This document shows positions 24,342 to 37,700 of a DNA stretch of 64,000 nucleotides, piece by piece. The stretch is from Phoronis australis. Its lineage: Eukaryota > Animalia > Phoronida. Under the pieces are notes generated by a model that did not search any database, was not told where the DNA came from, and was given only the letters and a program-made list of their open reading frames with translations. The position numbers were made by a program, and so were the translations under genes. The stretch's first letter is position 1. Each line of letters opens with the position of its first letter. Location of the stretch: contig NMRA01000163.1 in the NCBI GenBank assembly GCA_002633005.1, forward strand, positions 648,884 to 712,883, written 5' to 3'.

Positions 24342-26289
24342 CTCTTGAAAGGGGCCGTCAAAGTGTCCACATCTAATTCAGCCCAATTTTTTTTTGCCTC
24401 GGCATGCGCCTTAATTTTTGACATCTTGTTTCTGGGTGCTTCTCAGGTGAGCACAACCCATTATAATGTATAGTCATGGGTCTTGAATTGTTTTTGTGGT
24501 ACCTCCGTAAATGAAATAGGTGAATAAGCTCAACGTGGGGGTCCGCTTTTTGGGTTTCTAGTGGACCCATAACGTAAAATTGCCGTGAGGACTTGACAGG
24601 GACCTCCGGCCTCAGATGAGCCGGGGTCTCACACTCCACTGATTTATCCAGTTGAAAACGCTTTGCCCAGTCACACATTGTGTGTCATAAAAGACTCTTC
24701 ACATTGGTGTAGACTCACAGTTGAACTGTGGTTTTCTGTAGACCCGCTGGAGACCGTCCCGAGTTGCACCATCATATCACCAACTCCGCCGGGACGGTCT
24801 CTCACCGTCGACGATTAAGCATTTCCGATACAATAAGAGAGTGCAATTTTTCTTGTCATGGGTCATTTGGTGTTAACTTCCGGTGGCAAGATTGCTCATT
24901 TTTCAGTACTTGGTCGCTACCTAGCTCATAGTCAGTCAAATCCCGCCAGTCTACCGTGACCTGAGTCATTTCAACTGAGTTGTGCCCCTGCTTGTCAATG
25001 GGTCCCCGCCCGGCGCCGCGCAGCCGGGTTCATTTCACCGGGAACACCCCGTACGAAAATATTCAATGGGATCCTATATAGGAATTCCTATAGGATCCTA
25101 TTGCCGGGTTTTCCTGGTGGGGAAGGAAATCCCCGGCCCGGCCGGGCCTAAGTTCTCACTGCACGGAATCATGGAAGGCCGAACCCGATAGGATCCTATA
25201 AGATATTGGCCCATGAAATCCAATTGAATTCCTATTGGATCCTATAGGATTTCCTACAGGAAATCTATAGAAATGCTATTGGAATTCACCTGGATGATTT
25301 TTCGTATGTCACTCTGACTGGCGGGCAAGCCCGGAAGGGCCGGGGACCGCCGGAGGTCACGGTCCCGGCATTCCCGGGCAGCAGAGGCTAGCACTAAGGC
25401 AGTTTAAATTGCACCCTCTCTTTTTAAATTACAGTGCTGTGGGGGTTAGGTTATTAATAACCGGCCGACCAATCCTGATCACGTACGGAATATAGCCAAC
25501 ACTGGTAGCACTTCGGGCGAAAAATAAGCTCCGGGCCGACCCACGGCAGGCAGTCCGGCCTCAGTGCTATATGATCTTGCTAAACCATCCAGCGCCATCT
25601 CGAGGTTTGGGGACGAGGCTGACAAGTTCTACTAACAGATGGCGTCCTTTAGTAAAGTAGGTCACTTACAGTTATTGCTGATCATGTGATACGGTAGTTT
25701 TATGAACTGGAAGATGTTAGTGCGGGGTGACGAATTCTGTGATTTTACACCTAATTGCATGCTTTAAGGTAAGTCTGTAACAATCCATCCTGCAGAATAA
25801 TTAAGACTTGCCTGATATCCTTCTGGCACAAGATTGTTATGTGTCACAATACGATATTATCGTTATGTAGTGCTCGACCTTACTCCTTAGTTAGTTTCGC
25901 CACAGGCACCTTTTTAAGTAGGCAATGACCATCGCCTCTGTTGGCCCGAAGCAGAGGCGATGTAGAGGCTATAGGCGCTCTGTACGCCGGAAGCTTTTCG
26001 GCGAATTATGCCTCGCACCGACTAAACCATCAAAGTCACGTTGTAATAAATACCTTTTGCGCATAGAGGAACACCTGAGGAGGTTGTCGATGTGTTTAAT
26101 TCCTTTCAACTCGAACAAATACTCCTATTATCAAACTTTTTCTTCGAGCAGTCCCTATTTCAGTTCCCAAAATCGTGAAATCAACTTTTTCATTTTTTTA
26201 ACCAGGCCGAAGGTCAGAAGTTGCGGACCTACCGGCGAACTTTGAAAGCTGAAGTTCCCGCCCTTCGCGTACGTGCTGCCGGGAACCAG

Positions 26290-26885
26290 NNNNNNNNNNN
26301 NNNNNNNNNNNNNNNNNNNNNNNNNNNNNNNNNNNNNNNNNNNNNNNNNNNNNNNNNNNNNNNNNNNNNNNNNNNNNNNNNNNNNNNNNNNNNNNNNNNN
26401 NNNNNNNNNNNNNNNNNNNNNNNNNNNNNNNNNNNNNNNNNNNNNNNNNNNNNNNNNNNNNNNNNNNNNNNNNNNNNNNNNNNNNNNNNNNNNNNNNNNN
26501 NNNNNNNNNNNNNNNNNNNNNNNNNNNNNNNNNNNNNNNNNNNNNNNNNNNNNNNNNNNNNNNNNNNNNNNNNNNNNNNNNNNNNNNNNNNNNNNNNNNN
26601 NNNNNNNNNNNNNNNNNNNNNNNNNNNNNNNNNNNNNNNNNNNNNNNNNNNNNNNNNNNNNNNNNNNNNNNNNNNNNNNNNNNNNNNNNNNNNNNNNNNN
26701 NNNNNNNNNNNNNNNNNNNNNNNNNNNNNNNNNNNNNNNNNNNNNNNNNNNNNNNNNNNNNNNNNNNNNNNNNNNNNNNNNNNNNNNNNNNNNNNNNNNN
26801 NNNNNNNNNNNNNNNNNNNNNNNNNNNNNNNNNNNNNNNNNNNNNNNNNNNNNNNNNNNNNNNNNNNNNNNNNNNNNNNNNNNNN
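26290..26885. other. Assembly gap (N run)
   Basis: 596 consecutive N. Confidence 1.
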
Positions 26886-27057
26886 TGTATTAGTAAAATC
26901 TACTGATTTTTAAGTGGTTTTAAAAAACAATCGGTAAACTCACCGATTTTTGTCTCATTACTTTGATACGTGTCTCTTCCGATAAGTTAGTACCTAACGT
27001 GCAGACGAGCACTCCAAATTGGAACGCTAAGTCCCGCGTGGTTGCGCTGCACGCGAA

Positions 27058-27096
27058 ACAAGATGGCGGACGAACTTTGGAGCCTGACGAAAATAG
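27058..27096 (+). promoter_or_regulatory. Candidate HPS4 first (5'-UTR) exon with YY1-type motif
   Basis: CAAGATGGCGG (YY1 consensus, typical just downstream of a TSS) in CpG-rich context, with donor AG|GTAACC after 27096. The next strong acceptor precedes 28733. Confidence 0.45.
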
Positions 27097-27159
27097 GTAA
27101 CCGGACTATATAATGTTGACAACTGACTGTGATGACTTTCGCACAGAATGAACTACAGC

Positions 27160-28000
27160 TGCGCCCCCTAGTAGCAATTTTAGTTTTTATTTTCATAAAA
27201 TTTGGAATATAGGCTTCTATTGGTGACTTGACGCTTATCCTCCCATTTTCGGATGGATTCGAGGTATTTTCCGCCACCTAGTGACCATTTTTACTGTTTT
27301 TGAGTTGGTTATATGATTTTGACAACAAATGACGAGGACTTTTGCATGGATTTGACTACCAGTGTCCCCCCTAGTGGCAATTTTAGTTTTCTATGTTTCA
27401 AAGGTCTTCAATATGGCATGTATTGTTGCTGTTACGCTATCCTCCCATTTTCGGATGTATTCAAGGTATGATGGGCCACCTAGTTGCCATTTTTACTGTT
27501 TTTGAGTCTTTTGCTTGGCGTCCACCCCTCTATTAACCAAACCATTTTAAGGATGATTTTGAAAATTGGCGTGTACTCAGTGTGAAGAGGACGGTTACAC
27601 TGACAACTTTGGTTACTATTGCACTTCCTTGTGGTACTTTTGTTTTGTTTTGCGGCCATAGCTGTATCTCCTAAACCCGCTGCAGGATTTTTATTAAATT
27701 TAGTAAGTGTATTTATATGAAGCTAACAAAAGACGATGACTTTGAGGCAGACGCTGTGCTCTGTAGTGGCAATTTCATTTTTTCGGCTTTCCTTTGTTTC
27801 TCTGAAGTTCCTTGACAGATTTTTATGAAATTTGGTGAATAGCTTTCTATTAAAGAAGCGATTGCATGTTCCGTTGTCAGATGGAATGTATGTGTTGCGC
27901 CATCTAGTGGCCATTTTTGTGATATAAATGAACAACTCTAGAAGCACATCCTTTGCGGTGCATTCGTGGGCGCATTTCAACGGTCTGCGTTGCTCTTGTT
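27160..28000 (-). mobile_element. Helentron-associated interspersed element (HINE/DINE-like), truncated copy
   Basis: Reverse complement of the family at 44757 and 49744 (terminus aacaagagcaacgc...gaaatgcgcccac), with internal ~200-bp repeats. Confidence 0.7.
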
Positions 28001-28777
28001 ATCTAGTGTTTTATTCTCTGACACAGTCCCTTAAGTGCATTAGAAAATACTGTTAGAGCAGTATCATAACTTAAGTAAGTTTCAGACCAAGTAAAATACT
28101 TGCCAGTGTTTTTGCTTTATGATCTGGGAAAGTTGATCATTTGTTTTTTCTTTAAAAGGAAACGTCATTTCTTATTGTACGTTATGAAATGGACCTGTGT
28201 GTAACATGAAGAATAAAAAGTTCTTCGGGGTTGGGAAAAGAGAAAGTAAACTATTTGGCTGATAGTTTTTAAAATGGCTAAAAGTTTTCAGGTTCTTTAG
28301 CCATTTTGGCTGCTATAGTAATACCTTAAAAGTCTAGCGCAAGCCTAGCTCCTGCGTAAGGCAAAAAGAGAAAAGCAGCCAATTAAGATATAGTGTCTGT
28401 GCTATTGCAGTTTATGCTGAACAATTCCGACACATGTCTATTCACATTCTTGTAACTTATTTTGAGCACGTGATCAGATATGTGTGTGCTGAGTTTGTGG
28501 TGATTGGCTTTTACCAGTTTACCAAGCAAAATCTGGGGTCGCATTGGAGACCTGCAGATTTACCAGGTCAAGCTACCAATAAGACAAATTTACTTTCAAA
28601 TAGATCTTACTTTAATGGAGTAGTGTAAGAAATATATCATCAATAACTATCCTTTTTGTGGGTAACCCCCCAATTGAAGCAACCTAAAACTTGTATTTTA
28701 TGTCGTTGTTCATTCACGTTTCTTCTTTTTAGGAGAAGCTGAAAACATGTAGAAGTGTGCTAAGAACCTTGGAGACA

Positions 28778-31700
28778 ATGCCAAGTACAGCAAGGTGACA
28801 ATGTCAAGTACAGCCGGGTAAAGTATGAATCTTGCAGTTGTAACTTGAAATTGAAATATTTTGTACCTTTAACAGAGTCGCATTTTTAGACAGATATTGT
28901 TTGCTTTACTAAAATTAATTTTCTGTTTTGTGCTGTTGCCGGTGAGGAGTCCTAGCATACACGTACATAATGGAATGGGACGCATCTTCTACAGGCAGAC
29001 CCATATCTGTTCCAAGACATGGAAAAAGGCATCCTTAACATACAAAAGAGTTTGCTCATTTTGTCCATTTCATGAACTTGGTCATGTGATGTTGTATTTT
29101 AGTTCTAAGGCTAACACAGTTTGGAGCAATTCCAGGAAACGGTCAACCTTGAGATGAAAAATTAAAATTGTGACAATGTTGACGGTTCTAGTTTCATCTG
29201 AAAGCCCAGTCTCTAGTCTCCAGTTCATGGATGGGAATGCCCATGAGAACAAAATCATAAAAGCGAGGTTGACCTTTTTATGAATAATATGATACTGTAG
29301 TCCACCACGAACAGCATTCCTTAAGGTCAGGCATTTGATGAGTTGTGGTTTCAGTGCAGATAGAACTACTTTCGCCCTGACAGGTCACACACCGAGGTCA
29401 AAGGTTGTGATGCACTGTTCATGACTAATGTGTGTGCACGAGAGGAAACTTCCCCCTAGTTAGACTAAATTAACATAATGAAAGAGGTGGAATTCATGAA
29501 AATATAAAAATGAAATCTGTCATAAAGTACTCATTGTTTTGCAGGTTTGATGCTCAGTTTTTTGTGTTCGACCACACCTTTCTGAAGAAGGAAGAAGATG
29601 ACTTAAAGGATGCCATTGTTTATTTCTACCCATCCTCCGTAAGTTGGTGCAGGTTTGGGTTAACCTTATTTCTTGATTTGTTTGCATCCTTGTAAGTTTC
29701 ATCTTTTAATGTAGCACATTCTGTTGTATGGAGATTTATTTAAAATTAAGGAGTTGGTTATTTATTATAGGTAGTTTTCAACATTTATCGAAGTCCTTCC
29801 ACACTTAATGAGATAGCATTTTATTTATTCATTTTTATCCTATTGTCACTCTTGATACCTGAAGAGTTTCAAAACATCATACATCGTTTAAGAATCATGA
29901 CACTATTATTTTTTCGGAAATTATCGTCTTCTGCCTTGACTGAACAGAAATTTTTAAAAACTGCAGGTGACATTGTTTTTCAACTATATATTTTACTGTC
30001 GATATACAGGAAGAGTATTTTTGATTTAAGGTAAAGTTTGTACAATTTCAGAGACAAAAATGATTGCCAAACCATCTCTTTCGTTTTTCAATGGTTTCTA
30101 GCTTTGTTGTGTATGACCACTTTTTAACATATGAATGTTGGTAGCTATCGTACATAAGGTGAATAATGGTAAAACGTCCTTTTGGTAAGCATTTATAATT
30201 TGTGGAACAATGAGGAAATAAAATTCACCTGTCCGTCTCATTGTGCCCTAGATTGTTGGGCTGCTCCTCCTGTTGTTCAAACTAAGGGAATTCAAAAGCC
30301 TGAGGCTTTCCTGACCTCCTCCCCTTCGGCATTGCGCACCTCAGAATGGCACTTCTCGCGAGTCGTCAGTATCACGAATTTGGTCCCCCACTTTTCAAAT
30401 CCTAGACGAGTTCCTGCTGAGTTATGTTTCCCTTGCTGTGGAACATAGAATAAATGTGCAAAATTTCATGCAAATTGACCTACATAATCATAAGAGAAAT
30501 TTATGTTCAAAGGTGCTAAATGCATCGTAAATCAAATTACCTAAAGTGACCTGATTGGCAACATAATAGTTATCAATTTAATGGTAGTCGTATCAAACTG
30601 CTTGCTTACGTGGCATATAGAGAGACACGTTATGCATAGCAAAGAAAATTACGAAATATTTGTTTTTTTTGCAACACATGGATATTACATTTTTTGAAAA
30701 AATGTAAATGAAAAGGGGACAGGATACAAGAGAATGGCAGGAGTCAGGGTCAGAATTGTATCTTCATTGGTGGAAGTACATTATAATGTTATTCAGAAGG
30801 AAAGCTTTAGAATCAAGGGTGCTGAGGCTTTCTTTAGTGAGCAGGGTATGGGGTCAATGTTGTGTTGGGTGCTATGGCATGTCGAAAAAGAGTACTGTTG
30901 TCATGGGTTTTGTGTACTTCAATGCCTTGGCAAAGTCTACGGATAGTCGAACCGCATTACTTTCGTTGAAATCACCGCAATCAATTTATAGACGTCATTG
31001 TTAGTATCCAGGTAACAGTGACCTACGTTCACCAGGTTGTACTTTTCAGTAAAAAAAATATAAAATGTGCTAATATCTTAAATTCTGTTAGCTTTAACCC
31101 CTACAAAGTATATGTTTTCTGAAAGGTGAATAAATTTCGTAACAAAATTTATTATTCTTCCTTGTCAGTATTTTTTATGAGATATACGTTTTTTTGTAAT
31201 TTTTTGTTAACTGAACACATGGTTCCTTCAGTCATACTAGTCTTTTCAACATGTTAGTAACAGCATTTTCAAAGGAACCATGTTTCAGGTTTTTGAAATA
31301 GGTCTAATTTTTTTGATTATCGACCTTTTAGACCATTTTGAGCAAAAATGGCCGTAGCCTTGATTTTTGAAGGCTTCGTTCCAAAAACTGTGACCTAGTT
31401 AAAAAATATGAGACACGGTTCCCTCCAAAATGCCATTAGCAACATGTTGACAAATGACCAATGTGATTGGAGGAACTATATTTTTAAAATTTCTGTTCAA
31501 AGTCAAAATTTTTATTTTAAAAAACGCATATTTCTATTTCATGAAAAAATAATTACAAGTAAATAGGAGTAAAAAATTTGTTGGGAAATTTATTCACCTT
31601 CCAGGAAATATTTACTTTAATTATAGGGGTTAGAGCTATTAAAGGAATTTAAGACATTTGCACGCATACCAAGTACAACCTGGTAAACAAGTTTCACAGT

Positions 31701-34700
31701 TACCTTATAAGGAGTTTTGCATTTAAGTTCGTACAGTTTGGTAGAACGTTTGTCAGTCTTGAAAACGCAGACAACTTGATTGGCTGACGAAACTTTGTTA
31801 ACAAGGTGGTGTTTTTGTTGTTTGAGACCAACTGTGAAAGAAATGGTGTTATATGATGTTTTGGTCTGTACTTTGTATATTTTGTTGTAAATATGACATT
31901 GCTTGCTAAAGGGTTAGCCTTGTTATTTGTATTCTTGTGCCTTGTTAAGTTGGTGCTCTCTGTCATTCATTAACGGTTATAACACGGTGTAATATTTTTA
32001 TGTAGGTCAATGCTGAACAGCAGTGTGCCCTCTGTGGCCAGCTTATGGGTATGGTGGAGTACTTCAGACGCAATTTTGATTCACCACCGTCTATGTATAA
32101 ACTGGCCAGAACCAAAGTAGCTGTAAAACATGTGGGGAATTTCACATTGGTTAGTATTAATAAAGCATTACATGTTTTAGCTAAATTGTTTTAGCAACCA
32201 TTTTAAAGTTTCCGTGAAGAACCCATTTTTTTCTTTCTAAGGAAAGTCAACCAAAGGATGATTGAAGGATGGTCTCTGTGGAAAAGTAAAACTGGATTCT
32301 GATTCAGGCTGGTATACCCAGCTTCTATCGAAAACGAACTTTTGATTTAGGTCACTTACTGAGTCATGAAATTGATCTCAACTTGTTTCATTTACTCAGA
32401 TTAGACTGAAATGATTTCTGGGCCTAGGAAAAAGTTACATTTTTGTGACACAAGATCTAACTTCAATAAGTTGGCTTGGCTTGGCTTGGCTTAGCTTTGT
32501 TTATGGGTTCTTTGTACTGAAAGTATTGTGGCCAGTGTACCAACTGATATTCCATCGTGCTCTCACTTTTCTGCTTTTGGTGATAAGAATGATAAGCCAA
32601 ATGTAATTATTGAGTCTGATCACGAGCAATATCAAACTGTCTGACAAATTCTGCTTGAGACCTGAATAATTTCTAATCTGAGTTTAAGTAACAAGTTGAG
32701 CCCAATTTCATGGTGGTAAGTGATTTAAATCAAAAATTTATTAGGAGGCAAAATATAGCTGCTTGGACATAATGATCCTGAAGTCTAAAGCTATAAATTG
32801 TCTGTTCTTCCCAAGGTCACGCATAACTTTTAATCAATCAAGTAAATGAACAAGTAGAGTCTTTGACTAAAAGTAGTCTGTAACAAATGCCAATTCTGAT
32901 ATGAATCAAGTTTATTTGACTGTTTGACAGAAGGCTGGTACATAGCACATTGATGTGGTTTTACTGTTAGATTCATGGAACTGCCATCAACCGACAATTA
33001 AACTTTATTGTGTAACAGTGTTTGTAGTGAAGTCCTTTGAAAGCGAAGAAACAGCGATTTTGAGACGTTCTCTGTCTCCCCATTCTGGGCTTGGCTTTTC
33101 AGAATATATGGGGGTAAAACAAAACAATCATCTTCTCAGCCAAGACTCTAAACTCTTTCATGTTAAACTGGGACGGTTCTGTTGCAAAGACCAGGATTCA
33201 TAAAGAACTCCTTTCACTGACCTTGCGTTTCAATTTCATTGAAAGACACCCATAATTTACAACTGTCTGAAAAAACACTAAGGCACTATCTGGATTGTAG
33301 TTGCTCCCTCCAGGCCCAAAACGTCAAGAGAAATCCATTTACCATTCACAACTTACCTACTTATAGGCATATTGTGGCAACCTGAACTTCCCAGACCAAC
33401 TTTTGCTGCAGCAGACTCATAAGCTATATGATGTGTTTGCGTTCTACTTTGGAAGCCTTGACCTATTCTATGAGGTAAGGATTATATGATGCGCAGTAAT
33501 GCACGTTGTCTTTCTGAATTGCAATGATTGGGTTTTAAATGTCGACATTTCTTGCTTGACATGCTGTAGTTTTCGAAACAAGTTAAAGATGCTTCTTTTT
33601 TCGAAAACGTGCAAAAATTTGCAAGCAAAATTGTCTGGGTTTTGTTCATATGACATTAATATTTTTTCTCCATTTATTTCTCCGTTTATTTCTGTTTTCA
33701 GTGTATCTTTGTGACAAAGTCAAAGTAACGTATTTTAACAAATTTTGTCAAATTTTCAAAAACTGTTCGCTACATTGTTTTGTTCAGTTTAATGTTGTCT
33801 GATAGTAAATCTTGTTGATTTTGAGGTTACCAGTCTGCTATCCTGTGTCATATTTTACTATAGATTGCGTGCTCATTGATTATTATTTATTGATAGTCTG
33901 TCTGCATTATATTTATTATTTAACTCTGATTATTGAAAAAGTAATAATTGCACTGAAAATTGTCCATGTGATCTACTACACACAAATAGACTGTGTCAGC
34001 TGTGGTTAACTGTTTCACTGCATTTTTCGATTATAGTGGACTTGTTGAAATACAGTCCTATGAAATGCAGGCTTTATCCTCAATTTGAAATATTCAGACA
34101 ACTAAGTGTTGTTTTATTCACACAACACTCATATTCATCCAAAATGTTTGCACTCTCACTGTCTGATTTGTTTGACGTATCAACCCGCGATGTGCTATCA
34201 GCTGCTTCAATTAAAATTGGTGATAAAAAGTCTGACTCCGTGTTTCGGTGTTGTTAAAAAAACACATTATATAATGGCCATCTTTAATTATTTCCATTTT
34301 CTAGACTGGTAAGCAGTGACAATTTGCAGTTAGGACTTAAAATGTTATCTAGTATTATCTATGCTCGCAATGTTTGTTTTTGCTATTTTTTGTACGCAGA
34401 TTTGTGAGTTCAACAGAGATGTTTTTGTCAGTAAAATGCAAGCTATATGGGAAGCGTTTGTGTCGTTCACTTCTTGCTATGGACAGACTACAGCAGAAAC
34501 CTTCCATGACATTCCACATTTAACACTGCCAAAGGTGAGTATTTTGTTAGTGGAGTTTTGGTAAAAATTTCACATGCAACAATGTAGCAAAGTGGCATTG
34601 CTTATACTGTTTAATACGAACTGCCTACTTCTGACATCGAGTTTCAAAAAACATGAATGGATTGTAGATTACGTACTACTAAACACAGTTAAGTATTTGC

Positions 34701-37700
34701 AGAAACAACAGTTATTGACAGCAAAGTTAATTTCTAATGTTGTAGAATTACTAAATGACTTGGAAACCATTAAGTGTTGTAGGATGATGTGTATTTTATT
34801 TTATCCACTTTTTCATGCAATACGCTCGGCTTTTAATCACAGTTAACCCCTGCATCATTTCAAAAACCCAACTTTTGATGTAGGTCACTAACATTATTAA
34901 ATTCGTCAGTAAATGTACCTTACCTAGATTTCAAAGGGGTTTAGTCTCAGCCGTGAAGGCAATATGGCTGCCTGGAGAATTTCAGTTGATTTATTGTAAC
35001 CAAGCAAAGTATAAGAACTGGATGTTGTTACTTTCGAAGGGCAAAAACTCCCAACTTGAAGGAAAAATTGATGTTTTGATTCAGTAATTGGTTTAAAACA
35101 GTATTGTATCAAAAAGTACTGGGTGTTTTCGAGCCTCTATCAAGGTATCACAAGTCCCCATCAAAAAGTACTGGTTATTTTCAAGCCTTTATCAAGGTAT
35201 CACAAGTCCCCATCAAAAGGTACTGGGTGTTTTCAAGCCTCTATCAAGGTATCACAAGTCCCCATACATGTCAGTATGCAAAAATGAAATATCCAAAGGC
35301 TTTCCGCTTACATGTTCACTTATTGTCTTTGTGCTCCTGGTGTCACAGCCAGCTCATGATAGTTTCAGTCACTACTACAATTTCCTGTGTCTGTAAAGCA
35401 AGTATATTGACCTCAGTAAGTGTCGGACTCAGTATGTGTGCATTCTTCAACATTGTATGTGACAAATGAACTTGGCGGAAATGTACAGGGTATTGTAAAA
35501 CATTTATTTATAGTCTATATTGTACTGTCTGTTTCTCATTTCCAGCATTCATCTACGATATTCATAACAGCATCCAAACTATTGAGTGGTTGTCAGAGAA
35601 CTCCTGGTGTACTGGCTGGATGCATTCTGCACAAGCAAAGGTATTAGGTTACCTGATCTTAACTCTAGCTTACCTAGTAAGCAATGTGATTAGTTTGTAA
35701 AACTCAATCCATTGTAAGGGAAGGCAGTACCCATTTTGTTGTGTTGGCTTCGGTTGTGATACATTGATTTACCAGAATCATGTCCATTTATACGTGCACT
35801 TGGGTGTGCTCGGAGTCGCTGCTGATGGGCTGTTCACTAAGAAATCTGAGATGGCGTCCAGCATGTCCTTAGAATTTTATGGCGATTACGTAGAGCAATG
35901 ACAATGATTCTGAAGCGAACACATGCTGTCGTTGAGTTGTAACATTTCACTCTAGGCGAGCGCTCAAGCTCTGACTTGAGGCAGGCTTGCGCTCTACTGA
36001 ACAGGCCTCTGATTGTGCATTTCAATTTACTTGCAGGGTTCTCTGCACGCAATTGTCCCCAGAGTTAACTAGTCGACTTCTTCTCATCAGGGCTCAACAA
36101 CGGAATGTAAGATCACAGGTTTCAAATGGCAAACACTGTTTTTCTTCTGGGCCTGGAGTCTAATCGTTTTACTGGAAATTGAACTCAAAATTATTGCTGA
36201 CATTTTCTGTTCTACTTTAATATGCAAACTCAAGCTAAGTGTATATTACTCAGTCTGTGCTTGACCACACGTTGGTTTGTGTGGATGACTGTCTAATTCT
36301 GGCTTGTACTTGATGAGCCCAGCATCAAAGCTTAATTCGAACCTGAGCTCGAAATTTTGAGTTTTTGCCGAGTTTGTAGTTTGAATCCAAGGGTCATCAA
36401 GCATGAACTTTGACCCAGACACTCATCAGCATAAGCCGTATCATACTCTAGCAGAGAAAAACAGACACTGATCTTGAGTTCATAAATTGGTGGAACTGAA
36501 AACCTTGAAAATAATTTCCAGCTAGATTTTGAGTGCAACGATTAAACTCTGGGCCTTGGTGTCTTCTTCATACAACTCCATGAGGAAAATTATGCTATTC
36601 ATTATAGGAATAACTTTGTGGTGTTATTTTTTTGTTTTTGGGTTCACTTCATTCCCGACTGAAGTGAGTAGATGCTACTTAATGTGTTGTAAAATAATGT
36701 TCCTAAATTTAGAGTCAGGAGATGGAAATGGTGTCATGGACACACCTCTAAACCCAAGTCCAGTCGTACAAATTCTATATGTGTGGTATAAATTGCATAC
36801 CCATGTCACTGAACCCCAAACATGGTCATAATGTATGGAGTATTTTCAGCACGTTTGTTTACTGGGTTTTTGGTTCAGGGGATTGAAGCTGCCTCTGAGA
36901 ACACTCTTCAATTTGGGTCATCAAACTTTGTAACAAAAAGCAGTGAATTTTCAAAATTTTGAAGGGTGTTATTTTTATGAATTTAGGCTGTTTCATTTTT
37001 GAAATGTCCCCTAGTTTCACTGAAAGTAAACAATTTATCAGGTTTTGAATGAAAGGAATGAGCTTGTGTATATTTTATTTCAGTTGCCTTGTATTCCTTT
37101 GGAAACGGCATTCAGCCTCCCCAGGGGTGTGCGCGTTCTCAGGGTATATCTCAGTCAGTCTGAGTATGACTACTTGGACACATGCAGTAATAAATCAAGC
37201 AACAGGCACTATAAAACATCGCAGTATAGGGCTGATAAGAACAAGGCTCCTGGTTCCACAAGTGCAGTTTCTTTTAGCGTAACGAGAAACTCCGCGGAAT
37301 GCAGTGAAAGGAGTTATTCTGAGTTTGAACATGAAACGGAAACATGGAGTGGAGATGCAGCCATATCAAGCAGGTCTGATCAATCTGATAAAGGTATTGG
37401 AATTATTTTGGAATAGATCAGCTCTTTTGTGAGGAAAAATTGAAACACCAAGAAGCTAGATTTTGGGTATTTAGTGTTCGCATTGTTTTGTAGCTTATTT
37501 TGAAACTAGTGGATATTTTTGGTCATGATCAGTGGGGAAGTACCTTAAAAAGTCACTAATTATTTAAGCAAAAATTGCCAATTCATGAAAAAAAAACGTC
37601 CTTAATGATCATAGACATGATAATTGTAAACTTGTGACGATGATAATTAGGTGTATCTTGTATAAAAGTTGACCCGAGAATCCTCTGCTGGCAAATGAAG

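Noticed and set aside
26221-26913. Long ORFs of 230 and 206 aa in the ORF track
   Set aside because: Artefacts of translating through the N gap.
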